NCBI GenBank assembly: GCA_027619375.1
Contig: JAQCFL010000002.1
Span: forward strand, 1,663-65,662
Direction of reading: 5' to 3'
DNA from: Verrucomicrobiota bacterium
Lineage (GTDB): Bacteria; Verrucomicrobiota; Verrucomicrobiia; Verrucomicrobiales; Akkermansiaceae
Length of the DNA stretch: 64,000 nucleotides
Shown: one piece after another, positions 33,422 to 43,456 of the stretch
Layout of the letters: the number at the start of each line of letters is the position of its first letter
Position numbering within the stretch: the first letter of the stretch is position 1
Position numbers and translations under genes: made by a program
Notes under the pieces: generated by a model
What the model was told of the DNA's origin: nothing
What the model saw: only the letters and a program-made list of their open reading frames with translations
The model's database searches: none

Positions 33422-34732
33422 ATGGAAGACATGTTGCCGCAGGAGATCATCAGGAGGAAGAGGGATGGGGCGAAGCTGAGTCCGGAGGAGATTCGGTTTT
33501 TTGTGCGGGGGATCGCGGATGGCTCGGTGGGGGAGGGGCAGATTGGCTCGTTTGCGATGGCGGTGTTCTTCCGGGGGATGGAGATGGAGGAGCGGGTGGT
33601 GTTGACCGAGGCGATGCGGGACTCGGGTGCGGTGTTGCGGTGGGAGGGTCTCGACGGGCCGGTTCTGGACAAGCATTCCACGGGAGGGGTGGGGGACTGC
33701 ACCTCGCTCATTCTTGGTCCGGTGGTGGCCGCGTGTGGCGGGTTCGTGCCGATGATTTCGGGGCGGGGCCTGGGCCATACCGGGGGGACCTTGGACAAGC
33801 TGGACTCCATTCCCGGCTATCGGACCTCGCCGGAGGAGGCTGATTTCAAGCGGGTTGTGAAGGAAGTGGGTGTGGCCATCATCGGGCAGACGGCCGCCCT
33901 GGCCCCGGCCGACAAGCGCTTCTATGCGGTGCGGGACGTGACCGCCACGGTGGAGTCGATCGACCTGATCACCGCCTCGATCCTTTCCAAGAAACTGGCG
34001 GAGGGCCTGGACGGCTTGGTGATGGATGTGAAGACCGGATCGGGGGCCTTCATGCCGACCTACGAGGATTCCCGTCGTTTGGCGGAGAGTATTGTGGGGG
34101 TGGCGACGGGGGCGGGGGTGAGGACGACGGGGATGCTTACCGACATGAATCAGCCTCTGGCGTCCTGTGCGGGAAACGCGCTGGAGGTGTTGGAGTGTGT
34201 TCGCTTGCTCAGAGGGGAGCTGGGGGCCGGCCGGCTGCTCGAGCTCAGCATCCGGCTTTCCGCGGAGTTGGTTGGGCTGGGTGGATTGGGAGAGGACGCG
34301 GAGGGGATGGTGCGGGAGGCGCTCGCCTCCGGCGAGGCGGCGGAGCGCTTTGGCCGCATGGTGGCCGCGCTGGGTGGGCCGGTTGATTTTGTGGAACGGG
34401 CCGAATTCCATTTGCCGGAGGCTCCGGTGGTGAAGGCGGTCGAGGCCGGGGAGGAGGGGAGGCTGACCGGGGTGGAGACCCGGGAGCTGGGTCTGGCCGT
34501 GGTGGAGCTGGGTGGGGGTCGGCGGCAGGCCGAGGATAGCATTGATTACGCGGTGGGTCTGAGCGGCTTTTTGCCGGTGGGCGCGGCGATCGAGGTCGGG
34601 CAGGCGCTCTGCCTGGTGCATGCCCGGAGCGAGGACGACTGGGAGCAGGCGGCCCGGCGGATCAGGGCGGCCCATCGTGTGGGGGCCGGTGGTGCTGACC
34701 CCGGACCGGTGGTGCAGGAGCTGTTGCGATAG
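33422..34732 (+). CDS. deoA: Thymidine (pyrimidine-nucleoside) phosphorylase
   Basis: 436 aa: [26 protein letters not shown]...[10 protein letters not shown]...[20 protein letters not shown], canonical DeoA motifs. Confidence 0.9.
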   Translation: MEDMLPQEIIRRKRDGAKLSPEEIRFFVRGIADGSVGEGQIGSFAMAVFFRGMEMEERVVLTEAMRDSGAVLRWEGLDGPVLDKHSTGGVGDCTSLILGPVVAACGGFVPMISGRGLGHTGGTLDKLDSIPGYRTSPEEADFKRVVKEVGVAIIGQTAALAPADKRFYAVRDVTATVESIDLITASILSKKLAEGLDGLVMDVKTGSGAFMPTYEDSRRLAESIVGVATGAGVRTTGMLTDMNQPLASCAGNALEVLECVRLLRGELGAGRLLELSIRLSAELVGLGGLGEDAEGMVREALASGEAAERFGRMVAALGGPVDFVERAEFHLPEAPVVKAVEAGEEGRLTGVETRELGLAVVELGGGRRQAEDSIDYAVGLSGFLPVGAAIEVGQALCLVHARSEDDWEQAARRIRAAHRVGAGGADPGPVVQELLR

Positions 34733-34784
34733 AAATACCGAGAGGGCGTTTTCCTTTGTCTGCGGTGCGGGTTAGAAGAGGCGC

Positions 34785-35504
34785 ATGGCCACACCGCACA
34801 TCGAGGCGCGAGCAGGGGATTTCGCGGAAACCTGTCTGTTGCCGGGGGATCCACTGCGGGCCAAATACATCGCGGAGACCTTTCTGGACGAAGTGCGGCC
34901 GGTGAACGGGGTGCGCAACATGCTGGGGTTCACGGGGCGCTATCGGGGGACGCCGGTTTCGGTGATGGGCAGTGGGATGGGGATTCCGTCCATCTCGATC
35001 TATGCGAAGGAATTGATCACGGACTACGGGGTGAAGAACCTGATCCGGGTGGGGAGCTGCGGGGCGGTGGGCAGGGAGGTCGGGCTGCGGGACATCATTC
35101 TTGGGATGGGGGCCTGCACCGATTCCGGGGTGAACCGGGCCCGTTTCGGGGGGATGGACTATGCGGCGGTGGCGGACTTCGATCTGTTGCGCCGGGCGGT
35201 GGAGGGGGCGGGACGCCTCGGGCTGCAGGCGCGGGTGGGGAACCTCTTCTCGGCGGACCTCTTCTACGCGCCGGATCCCGGGGTTTATGACACCATGGAA
35301 CGGATGGGGGTGCTGGCGGTGGAGATGGAAGCGGCGGGACTCTATGGTTGTGCGGCGGAGTTCGGGGCGCGGGCCCTGGCGGTCTGCACGGTGTCGGATC
35401 ACCTTCGAACCGGGGAGAGACTTTCGTCGGGGGAGCGGGAGTGCGGTTTTGCGGACATGCTGAAGATTGCCCTGGAGCTTTGTGCTGCGGGAGGCTGCGC
35501 CTGA
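34785..35504 (+). CDS. deoD: Purine nucleoside phosphorylase, DeoD type
   Basis: 239 aa: [34 protein letters not shown]...[20 protein letters not shown]...[10 protein letters not shown]. Confidence 0.9.
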   Translation: MATPHIEARAGDFAETCLLPGDPLRAKYIAETFLDEVRPVNGVRNMLGFTGRYRGTPVSVMGSGMGIPSISIYAKELITDYGVKNLIRVGSCGAVGREVGLRDIILGMGACTDSGVNRARFGGMDYAAVADFDLLRRAVEGAGRLGLQARVGNLFSADLFYAPDPGVYDTMERMGVLAVEMEAAGLYGCAAEFGARALAVCTVSDHLRTGERLSSGERECGFADMLKIALELCAAGGCA

Positions 35505-35603
35505 AGGGGGCCGTCTTAACAACTTGGACAACGACAATTTGGGGGCTGGGGGGAGGTGCTTGCAACTTTACAGTTCGGGACGGGGGAGCCTTAATCGGGA
35601 GGG

Positions 35604-36008
35604 ATGAGCGGGGAAGAGAAGCTGGAATTGGTCAGATTGGCGGCGGTTGCCGGCAAGGAGGCCTATGCCCCCTATTCGAAGTTTGGGGTGGGTGCGGTGC
35701 TGAAGGCCCGCGACGGGCGCTTGTTTTCGGCCTGCAACGTGGAGAACGCCTCGTATGGCCTGACCATTTGTGCGGAGCGGGCGGCGGTGTTCAAGGCGGT
35801 CTCGGAGGGAGTTCAATCCTTTGCATGTCTCGCCCTGAGCGTTCCCGGCGGGGGAGCTCCGTGTGGGGCCTGTCGGCAAGTACTCCGGGAGTTCGGGGCG
35901 GATCTGCCGATTTTTGTGGGAGACGAAAATGGTGAAATGCGCCGGGAGTTGAACCTGGCGAATTTGTTGCCCGACTCCTTCGGTCCCGAGAGCTTGAATT
36001 TCCCTTAA
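35604..36008 (+). CDS. cdd: Cytidine deaminase
   Basis: 134 aa with zinc ligand motifs CAERAA and PCGACRQ, preceded by APYSKFGVGA. Confidence 0.9.
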   Translation: MSGEEKLELVRLAAVAGKEAYAPYSKFGVGAVLKARDGRLFSACNVENASYGLTICAERAAVFKAVSEGVQSFACLALSVPGGGAPCGACRQVLREFGADLPIFVGDENGEMRRELNLANLLPDSFGPESLNFP

Positions 36009-36302
36009 AAGAGGGGCTTTAGGAGCGAAAAAAGTGGCCGGTGGTCATCGGCTTTGCGGCCCTCTGCGGAGGGCCTCCGTGGCGGAAAGTGCAACTTGGT
36101 ATGCTCTGAAGGGAGGTCAGGAGCCCTCAGGAACCCGGGTGGAAAACAATAATTACGGGCAAATTCACCCAAAAACGGGGAGCTTGAAAACAGTTTTTTT
36201 AAAGGATTCGCCCGGGAAACGAGAGGGCCGCTCGAAGGACTGGCAGGAGCTGGGGGCCCGGGTCGGGAGGGGGAAGCGGAGCGGGCGGAGGAGAGGCTCG
36301 GC

Positions 36303-36683
36303 CTAGGTCTCGGGGCACATGGCCCGCACCGATTTCTGGAACTGGCGGGGGGGGAGATTGAAGTAGGATTTCACTTCGGAGGCGAAGTGGGTGTAGTGCT
36401 TGAAGCCGAGACGCTGGGCAATTACTTGCAGGGAGTAGCCTTCCGCGACCAAACGGCGAGCCAGAAGCATCCGTTGGCGCCGGAACAATTCCTTTGGCCG
36501 CAATCCGGCAACCCGTTCGACGGCGTACTCCAACTGGCGATTGGTGAGCTGCAGTTCGTCGGCCACTCCCGAAACAGAGAAGCCCTCCGCCTCTGCCAGC
36601 TCGAGTAGATCCCGACCGTCCGGACAGGCGAAGCGCTGGCCTTTGCGCTCAAGTTTGAAAGATTCTGTGTCGGGCTCAGCCAT
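36303..36683 (-). CDS. AraC-type helix-turn-helix transcriptional regulator (short, DNA-binding domain only)
   Basis: 126 aa: FSVSGVADELQLTNRQLEYAVER...LARRLVAEGYSLQVIAQRLGFKHYTHFASEVKSYFNLPPRQF, the two HTH units of the AraC family. It is divergent from the 36785 operon. Confidence 0.75.
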   Translation of the reverse strand: MAEPDTESFKLERKGQRFACPDGRDLLELAEAEGFSVSGVADELQLTNRQLEYAVERVAGLRPKELFRRQRMLLARRLVAEGYSLQVIAQRLGFKHYTHFASEVKSYFNLPPRQFQKSVRAMCPET

Positions 36684-36784
36684 GGATGAGGAAATTAAGT
36701 ATCATAGTTTTAAAAAAAACCATTTTTCAGGGGTTCTTGTCAAGTCCTTAAGAAGCCAGTAGTTTTTTCTGTTCAAAACACCAC
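36684..36784. promoter_or_regulatory. AT-rich divergent promoter region between AraC-like gene and methyltransferase operon
   Basis: This 101-bp intergenic stretch has A/T runs (TTTTAAAAAAAACCATTTTTCAGG, AGTAGTTTTTTCTGTTCAAAACACC) in an otherwise GC-rich context. No specific boxes were assigned. Confidence 0.3.
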
Positions 36785-38200
36785 ATGCAGAAGACCTCGC
36801 CACTCCTGAGCAGCATCGTTGTTTGCCGGAATCACCAGGGAGCCGAAATAACGGCCAATATTCTAAGGTTGAGGCGCTATTCGGTCGCCTTTGAAGTCTA
36901 TAATCCCTATAGCGTTCTCCAGCTGTCGGAGGTCTTGAACGATTTCCGGATCCGGGTGGGGGATCAGATTGTTTACGAGGGGAAGGCGGTCGTTTCAGGT
37001 CTGGTGAACACCGGAATCCTGCTCGTTTGCGAGGTCACCCTGGGCGATTCGTGGTTGGATGTCGGATTTTTGGCCGAGCAGGGGCAGGAGGAATCGCTGG
37101 GAGAACAGATTGGTTCGTTCCTGCATGACTGGAAGCGGGCCCATGAGGTGGATTCGGCGTTCAAGGTGGAGGTGGCGGACACCCAGAACCTCTTGTTTGG
37201 CCTCCAACGCTGGTTAGAGCAGATCGATCTCGGGATCCGCGCCACGGCGACCAAGGATCGGCACTCCCTGGAGCAGGACGTTCTTTCGCAGGTGCAGGGC
37301 AAGGTGCTGGAGGAGGTGCACGGCTTGTTTGCATCGTTTGAGAGAACGGCGCTCACCGTTCCGGAAGGGCGGGAGGCGACCCACAAGTTCTATGCGCGGC
37401 GGCAATTGCACCCGCTCTTTCTCTGTTCACCCTTCCTCTATCGCACCTTCCACAAGCCCCTGGGCTATGCGGGGGACTACGAGATGGTGAACATGATGTT
37501 GCGGGATCCCTTTGAAGGAGGATCCCTGTTTGCAAAGAACCTGAACAACGCGTTCATCCAGTCCCCGCCCGCCGAGGCGCACCGGAACCGGATCAAGTAT
37601 CTGAGGACCATGCTGCGGGATGAGACCGAACGGAATGCGCGGGAGGGGCGGCGGACGAAAATCCTGAACCTGGGCTGCGGTCCGGCCCGGGAAGTGGAGG
37701 CCTTCCTGCACGACGAGGAGTTGAGCGATCTGGCCAGTTTCACCCTCCTGGATTTCAACCGGGAAACGATCGACTATGCGCAGCGGCATTTGATGCAGGC
37801 CCGGACCACGGCGGGGCGGGTCACGCCGATTAATTTCGTGGAGCGATCCGTGCACCAGCTGCTTCGGCAGGCGGTTGGCGGTGATGAGGACCTGACTTGG
37901 AGCAGTTACGACGTGGTGTATTGCGCGGGTTTGTTCGATTACCTGTCCCAGCGGGTCTGCAAGCGTCTGATCGAGGTGTTTTTTCGGCTGTTGAAGCCCG
38001 GAGGACTGCTGGTGGTCACCAACGTGGGGACCGATAATCCCAGCCAGGGCGTGATGGAATACATCATGGAATGGAATCTGATCTACCGGGATGACGCCGG
38101 AATGAAGGACTTGGTGCCGGACACGGTTTCGCCCCGGGATTGCACCTTGAAAAGGGATCCGACCGGGGTGAACTACTTCTTGGAGATCAGGAAAGTCTGA
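36785..38200 (+). CDS. PhcB-like class I SAM-dependent methyltransferase (C-terminal MTase, ~230-aa N-terminal domain of unknown function)
   Basis: 471 aa with SAM motif I ILNLGCGPAREV and post-I LLDFN. Its size and its position ahead of sensor-kinase and response-regulator genes mirror Ralstonia phcB. That assignment is from memory and not searched. Confidence 0.75.
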   Translation: MQKTSPLLSSIVVCRNHQGAEITANILRLRRYSVAFEVYNPYSVLQLSEVLNDFRIRVGDQIVYEGKAVVSGLVNTGILLVCEVTLGDSWLDVGFLAEQGQEESLGEQIGSFLHDWKRAHEVDSAFKVEVADTQNLLFGLQRWLEQIDLGIRATATKDRHSLEQDVLSQVQGKVLEEVHGLFASFERTALTVPEGREATHKFYARRQLHPLFLCSPFLYRTFHKPLGYAGDYEMVNMMLRDPFEGGSLFAKNLNNAFIQSPPAEAHRNRIKYLRTMLRDETERNAREGRRTKILNLGCGPAREVEAFLHDEELSDLASFTLLDFNRETIDYAQRHLMQARTTAGRVTPINFVERSVHQLLRQAVGGDEDLTWSSYDVVYCAGLFDYLSQRVCKRLIEVFFRLLKPGGLLVVTNVGTDNPSQGVMEYIMEWNLIYRDDAGMKDLVPDTVSPRDCTLKRDPTGVNYFLEIRKV

Positions 38201-38204
38201 TAGA

Positions 38205-40949
38205 ATGAATCATGTTGTGAGCGGCGGGGATAGGCCCGGGCAAAAGGCGCTGCTTGGGGATCTTCGCGCCGCGTTCCACAAGGAGGAAGCGGCCGTTTTT
38301 ATGGACAACTGCCGGCGGGGAGCGGTGGTGGCCATTGCGGCAACCTTTGGAGGGGCGACCATGGACTGGGTCGTCTATCCGGGATTTGCGGAGCACTTTC
38401 TTTATGTCCGCACCGCTTTCGCCTTCTTTCTGGCGGGGATCCTGGCCCTGCTTTACTGGCAACCGGCGATGCGTTTCAGTCGCGTTCTGGGGCACATGAT
38501 CGTGCTGCTGCCGATCATCAACGTCTTGTGGATGATCGCGGCGTTGGGTGAAGACGAGTCGGCCTACTATGCCGGTCTGAACCTGGTGATGGTGGGTTCT
38601 GTGTTGCTGCTCCGCTGGAAGTTTACGGATTCGGTGATCAACTCGGTGCTTTGCTTGAGCGGCTATCTGAGCGTGGAGGCGGCGATCGGGACAAGCTTCG
38701 ACGTGGTGTTTCGGAATTCCTTCTTCATTTTGGTGACGGGGATCATTGCCTGTGTGGGGATTTATTTTTATAACAGGCTGAGGTTCAGTGAGTATTGTCT
38801 GCGGATTGAGGTGGAGGCGAACCGGGCGGAGCTGGCCCACAACCATGAGCGTTTGCGGGCCCTGGATGAGGCGAAGACCCGGTTTTTTGCGAACATCAGC
38901 CATGAGCTGCGGACGCCGTTGACGCTCATTCTGGCTCCCGTGGAGAAGCTCCGGGGGAGTGCTGCGGTGAAGGGGGACGAAACGCTCATGCAGATGGTGG
39001 ATTCCTTGGAGGACAATGGTTTACGTCTGCTTCGATTGATCAACGACTTGCTGGATTTGGTGAAGCTGGACACGGAGGAGATGAAGATGCGGCCGGAGCG
39101 TTTTCGGCCGGCAATTTTTCTCGAAGGGCTCGGTCGGAATCTGGGACCGATGGCGGATCGCAACACGGTGGCGCTGACCTGGAGTTCGAATGAAGCGGCC
39201 CAGCAGGAGGTGTATCTGGATCGGGACCGCCTGGAGAAGATCGTCCTGAACCTCGCAGTGAACGCCCTGAAATTCACTCCGCCCGGCGGGAGGGTGGAGA
39301 TGAAGGCGGATGTGGAGGAGAACACCCTGCGGTTGTCGGTCGCGGACACCGGGGAAGGGATGACCGGGGATCAGATCCGGAGTGCCTTCGAGCGATTCTG
39401 GCAGGCGGATTCCTCGGTGCGGCGCAAGCATCAGGGGGTGGGCATTGGCTTGGCCCTGGTGAAGAGCCTGACCGAGTCGATGGATGGCACGGTCGGGATC
39501 GAGAGCGAATTTGGGAAGGGGACGACCTTTAGCCTGACCATTCCGCTGGTGGCCGTGCCGGAGAAGGAGAGCGAGGCGGATGAGGGGGTGGAGGTCACGA
39601 GGCAGGATGCCTTTGACGAGCTGCACACGCGGGCGCGGCTGCAGGGGGCGGCGGTGGCCCCAACGGCGCGGGAGCCCCGCGAGTTGTTGTTGAGAAAGGC
39701 GGGGAGTCGTGCGCGGGGAGATCGGGAGCGTATTCTGATCGCGGATGACGAGGCGGGACTGCGGGCGTTCCTGCGAAGCGAACTGGAAGAGCTGGGTTGT
39801 GAGGTGGTCGAGGCGAAGGATGGGGCGGAAGCGTGGGAGTTGGCGCAGCGGATGCAGCCGAGCCTGGCGGTGTTGGACATGATGATGCCGGAAATGGATG
39901 GGATCACCCTGACCCGGAAACTTCGGGAGAGCGAAGGGACCTCCCAGCTGCCCATCGTGCTGGTGACGGCACGGGCCGATGATGCGTCGCGCATTCAAGC
40001 TCTGGAGGCTGGCGTCAGTGATTTCCTGACCAAGCCGTTCTCCACGGCGGAGCTGCGGGTGCGCATCGTCAATCTGCTGGACGGACAGCGCTACCAGCGT
40101 CAGTTGAACGTGAAGAACCGGGAGTTGGGGATCGCCTTGCAGGAGATCAAGGCGAACGAGGCGCGGCTGCTGCACGCCGAGAAGTTGTCCTCCCTGGGCC
40201 GGATGAGTGCGGGGATCGTGCATGAGGTGAACAACCCGCTCAACTACGCGAAAACGGCCCTGCATGCCTTGCGCATCTACGTGGACGATCTGCCCGAGGA
40301 GGAGCGGGAGGACTACATGGAGACGGTGGGGGATGCGGAGGAAGGAGTGGGTCGGGTCATTCGGATCATCAGCGACCTGCGTTCCTTCACGAAAGGGGAG
40401 ACCGCGCACCGCTTCGATGTGAGTCTGGGGACGGTGCTGGAGTCGGCGCGGCGTCTGGTGAGCCACGATTTGCAGGGAATTTCCTATGAAGCTGACCTTC
40501 CGGAAGGCTTGGAGGTGTCTGGAAATGACAATCAGTTGTGCCAGGTGTTCGTCAACCTGATGCAGAACAGTGCACAGGCGGTGGTGGCGGCGCGGAAGAG
40601 GGGAGAGGAGCCGACCATCGTGGTGAAGACCGGGAAGGAGCCCGATGGAAGGGTTTTTGTGTCGATCAGGGACAATGGTTGCGGAATCTCCGCGGAGGAT
40701 GTAGAGCATTTGTTCGACCCATTTTTCACGAAACGGGAAGTGGGCGAAGGAATGGGTTTGGGTTTGAGCATTTGCCACCGCATTCTAGAGTCTCACGGAG
40801 CCAGCATCGAGGTGACCAGCGAACTGGATCGATTCACGCAGTTCACCATTCACTTCCCCACCGAACCCGACGACGACGAAGAAGAAACAGCCGAGTCTCC
40901 GGAATCCTCCGGAACGGAGCACATGGAAGAAGCCAGCCGCATACAATGA
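38205..40949 (+). CDS. Membrane sensor hybrid protein: TM sensor + HisKA/HATPase + REC + second HisKA/HATPase (HK-REC-HK)
   Basis: 914 aa with ~6 N-terminal TM helices. The first H-box is FFANISHELRTPL with an ATPase (DTGEGM...GVGIGLALV...GKGTTFSL). The REC domain is ILIADDE...VLDMMMPEMDG...LTKPF. The second H-box is GIVHEVNNPLN with an ATPase (RDNGCGI...GMGLGLSI). Confidence 0.9.
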   Translation: MNHVVSGGDRPGQKALLGDLRAAFHKEEAAVFMDNCRRGAVVAIAATFGGATMDWVVYPGFAEHFLYVRTAFAFFLAGILALLYWQPAMRFSRVLGHMIVLLPIINVLWMIAALGEDESAYYAGLNLVMVGSVLLLRWKFTDSVINSVLCLSGYLSVEAAIGTSFDVVFRNSFFILVTGIIACVGIYFYNRLRFSEYCLRIEVEANRAELAHNHERLRALDEAKTRFFANISHELRTPLTLILAPVEKLRGSAAVKGDETLMQMVDSLEDNGLRLLRLINDLLDLVKLDTEEMKMRPERFRPAIFLEGLGRNLGPMADRNTVALTWSSNEAAQQEVYLDRDRLEKIVLNLAVNALKFTPPGGRVEMKADVEENTLRLSVADTGEGMTGDQIRSAFERFWQADSSVRRKHQGVGIGLALVKSLTESMDGTVGIESEFGKGTTFSLTIPLVAVPEKESEADEGVEVTRQDAFDELHTRARLQGAAVAPTAREPRELLLRKAGSRARGDRERILIADDEAGLRAFLRSELEELGCEVVEAKDGAEAWELAQRMQPSLAVLDMMMPEMDGITLTRKLRESEGTSQLPIVLVTARADDASRIQALEAGVSDFLTKPFSTAELRVRIVNLLDGQRYQRQLNVKNRELGIALQEIKANEARLLHAEKLSSLGRMSAGIVHEVNNPLNYAKTALHALRIYVDDLPEEEREDYMETVGDAEEGVGRVIRIISDLRSFTKGETAHRFDVSLGTVLESARRLVSHDLQGISYEADLPEGLEVSGNDNQLCQVFVNLMQNSAQAVVAARKRGEEPTIVVKTGKEPDGRVFVSIRDNGCGISAEDVEHLFDPFFTKREVGEGMGLGLSICHRILESHGASIEVTSELDRFTQFTIHFPTEPDDDEEETAESPESSGTEHMEEASRIQ

Positions 40950-42139
40950 GCCAACAGACCTTGGATTACCGACAGCATCTCGTCCTCTTTGTGGATGATG
41001 AGGCGAAGACCAGAAAGTATTTCGCCAAGTTATTTGGGAAGGTGTTCCGCATCGTCCTCGCCGAGGACGGGGTGGCGGGATTGGAACGATTCCGGGAGTA
41101 TCAGGACGAGATTGGAGTGGTCATCACCGACCAACGGATGCCCAACGAGTCGGGAACGCAATTTTTGGAGAAGGTGGCGCTGTTGAAGCCGAATGTGGTG
41201 CGGATTCTCTCCACGGCCTTCGCGGATATCGATGCGGCGGTGGACTCCGTGAACAAGGGGGGCATCTACCGGTATATCACCAAGCCCTGGGAGGTGCCCG
41301 AGCTGGAGGTGACCCTGCGGCGGGCGATGGAACTCTACATGGTGCGTTTGGAGCGGGAGGAATTGATCCGGCAAAAGATGATGAGTGTGGAGATCCTGGC
41401 GGCCTCGGACCGCATCATGTCTCTGGCCGCGCTTTCCGTCTTTCGGGATGGCCGACTGCGCCACGTGGGGGAGGGCCTCAAGGCGGTGGTGCGGCTGGCG
41501 GAGGATCAGCGGGATCGTGCGGCGGAGAGCGTGGCGGCGGAGGGCTTGTCATGGCGGGAGCTCTATCGGCGGCATTTGTCGTTTCTTGGATCGGTGGCGT
41601 CTTCCCTGCCGGAGAATTTGACGGAGCCTGCCGCCCTGTCCTTTGACAAGCGCTGCTCGGTGCGGGAGGTGTTGGAGGCGACGGTGGAAGTGAGCGAGGG
41701 GCGGATCGTGTGGGCGGCCCCGCGAGCCACCCCACCGGACTGGCCCGGGCCTGCCGAAGGGATGCGGATCGTGGTGGGGGGGCTCTTGAACAGCCTGGTG
41801 GAAGCCGGGGGAGGAGAGGGCCCGGTGCGTTTGGAGGAATGCCTCTCGGGGTTGGAGATCGCCTTCCCGGCGCGGCCCTTGCGGAAGCTGCTGCAGCCAG
41901 CCATGAGCACCTCGGCGGAGGAGCCTTCGCGGATCGCTCTGGAGGTCATCGGCGGCTTCCTGCGACTGGCGCACTTCGGCTGCATCTTCGATTTCCTTCC
42001 CGAACCGCAGAGTGGCGGTTGTCGGCTGCGGATCGGCTTCGACGTTTCCCGGGTGGAGCGCGCTCCGAGCGACCCCTATGAGGAACTGGCGGCGGACCTG
42101 GTCGGGAATGAGCTCTTCTGGTCGCGCTTCGTGGATTAG
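40946..42139 (+). CDS. Response regulator: REC domain + ~270-aa C-terminal domain of unknown function (PhcQ-like arrangement)
   Basis: The ATG at 40946 overlaps the kinase stop (ATGA). The REC domain is HLVLFVDDE...VVITDQRMPNESG...ITKPW. The C-terminal region has no recognised output motif. Confidence 0.85.
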   Translation: MSQQTLDYRQHLVLFVDDEAKTRKYFAKLFGKVFRIVLAEDGVAGLERFREYQDEIGVVITDQRMPNESGTQFLEKVALLKPNVVRILSTAFADIDAAVDSVNKGGIYRYITKPWEVPELEVTLRRAMELYMVRLEREELIRQKMMSVEILAASDRIMSLAALSVFRDGRLRHVGEGLKAVVRLAEDQRDRAAESVAAEGLSWRELYRRHLSFLGSVASSLPENLTEPAALSFDKRCSVREVLEATVEVSEGRIVWAAPRATPPDWPGPAEGMRIVVGGLLNSLVEAGGGEGPVRLEECLSGLEIAFPARPLRKLLQPAMSTSAEEPSRIALEVIGGFLRLAHFGCIFDFLPEPQSGGCRLRIGFDVSRVERAPSDPYEELAADLVGNELFWSRFVD

Positions 42140-42230
42140 GGGCGCCTTCTGGTCGGAGTTATGCGGAACCCAATGAAACTCAGGGTTAAATGCCTTGTGC
42201 TTAAGACATCTTAACCATTATGATCCACCC

Positions 42231-43454
42231 ATGACAACTTTCTCTAAGCGGCGGTCAAACGGAGCGGTACTACTGACGGCCATATTGGGCTTGGGCAGTG
42301 CGCCGGTCTGGGCGGTGGGCTTTTTCCTGCCGAACCAAAGCGTGGAGGCCACCGCACGAGGCAATGCCTGGGTGGCGACCGCGGACTCGGCGGCGGCGGT
42401 GCATTACAATCCGGCCGGACTCACCCAGCTGGAAGGACCGACGAGCGAGTTCGGACTCTATACCGTTTATCTGGGCTACGATCACGACTCGGATCTTGAC
42501 GGCGAGCACTACAAGACCGACCGGGGCCTGAAGGCGGTGCCGCACCTCTACTACGCGCAACCGATCAACAAGAAGATGGCCTATGGACTGGGTCTGACCG
42601 CGCCCTTTGGTTTGGGCACGGAGTGGGACAACGACACCGTCTTCCGGGATGTGGCGATCGAGGCCGATCTCAAATATGTCCGACTCTCGGCGGTGCTTTC
42701 GTATGCGTTGACCGAGACGCTCTCAATTGGTGGCGGGGTGGGGCTCGACTACACGAATGTGACGCTGAAGCGGGGCATCGATGACGCCCTGAGTCCCTTT
42801 CCGAATGATACCCTGAAGTTTGAAGGGGACGGGACGGATCTGGTTTGGACGCTCAGTCTGCTCTGGAAACCCTGCGACGCACACTCCTTCGGTCTGACCT
42901 ATCGCTCGGCGTCGGAGTTCAAGCTGAAGGGAGATGTGGAGTCCACGCCGGAAGGCTTTGGCCTGCCTGACGGCTCGGCGAACATCGACTTCAACACGCC
43001 GCAGACCGTGGCGGGCGGCTACCGGTATCGGGTCAATGATCGCTTCGACGTGGAGGCCAACGTGGAGTGGGTGGATTGGGACAGCCTGAACACGCTGACC
43101 TTGAACGGCGACGGTCTGGGCGGGATGCCGGTGCCGGTGCCCTTTGAATATGAGTCCTCCTTCATCTACGAAGTGGGGGGATCCTACCAGGTGGACGACC
43201 GCTGCCGGGTGCACTTCGGTTATGTCTACAATGAGGCTTCCGTGCCGGACCTTTTCTACAATCCCGCCGTGCCCGACTCGAACCTGCAGTCGCTCAACGT
43301 GGGGCTGAGCTACAAGTTTGACAAGGTCACCATGAGCGGGGCCTACCAGTATGCCTGGTCGGAGTATGATGTGAACGACTCGGTGCTGCCGAGCAATGGA
43401 CGGTATGACAGCGAACACCATGCCTTCCTTGTTTCAGCCCGTTGGGATTACTGA
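42231..43454 (+). CDS. FadL/OmpP1/TodX-family outer-membrane channel for hydrophobic compounds
   Basis: ATG at 42231 with a signal peptide (…LGSAPVWA). The N-terminal hatch pattern is NQSVEATARGNAWVATADSAAAVHYNPAGL. The body has alternating beta-strand composition and a C-terminal aromatic (…VSARWDY). Confidence 0.75.
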   Translation: MTTFSKRRSNGAVLLTAILGLGSAPVWAVGFFLPNQSVEATARGNAWVATADSAAAVHYNPAGLTQLEGPTSEFGLYTVYLGYDHDSDLDGEHYKTDRGLKAVPHLYYAQPINKKMAYGLGLTAPFGLGTEWDNDTVFRDVAIEADLKYVRLSAVLSYALTETLSIGGGVGLDYTNVTLKRGIDDALSPFPNDTLKFEGDGTDLVWTLSLLWKPCDAHSFGLTYRSASEFKLKGDVESTPEGFGLPDGSANIDFNTPQTVAGGYRYRVNDRFDVEANVEWVDWDSLNTLTLNGDGLGGMPVPVPFEYESSFIYEVGGSYQVDDRCRVHFGYVYNEASVPDLFYNPAVPDSNLQSLNVGLSYKFDKVTMSGAYQYAWSEYDVNDSVLPSNGRYDSEHHAFLVSARWDY

Positions 43455-43456
43455 CG

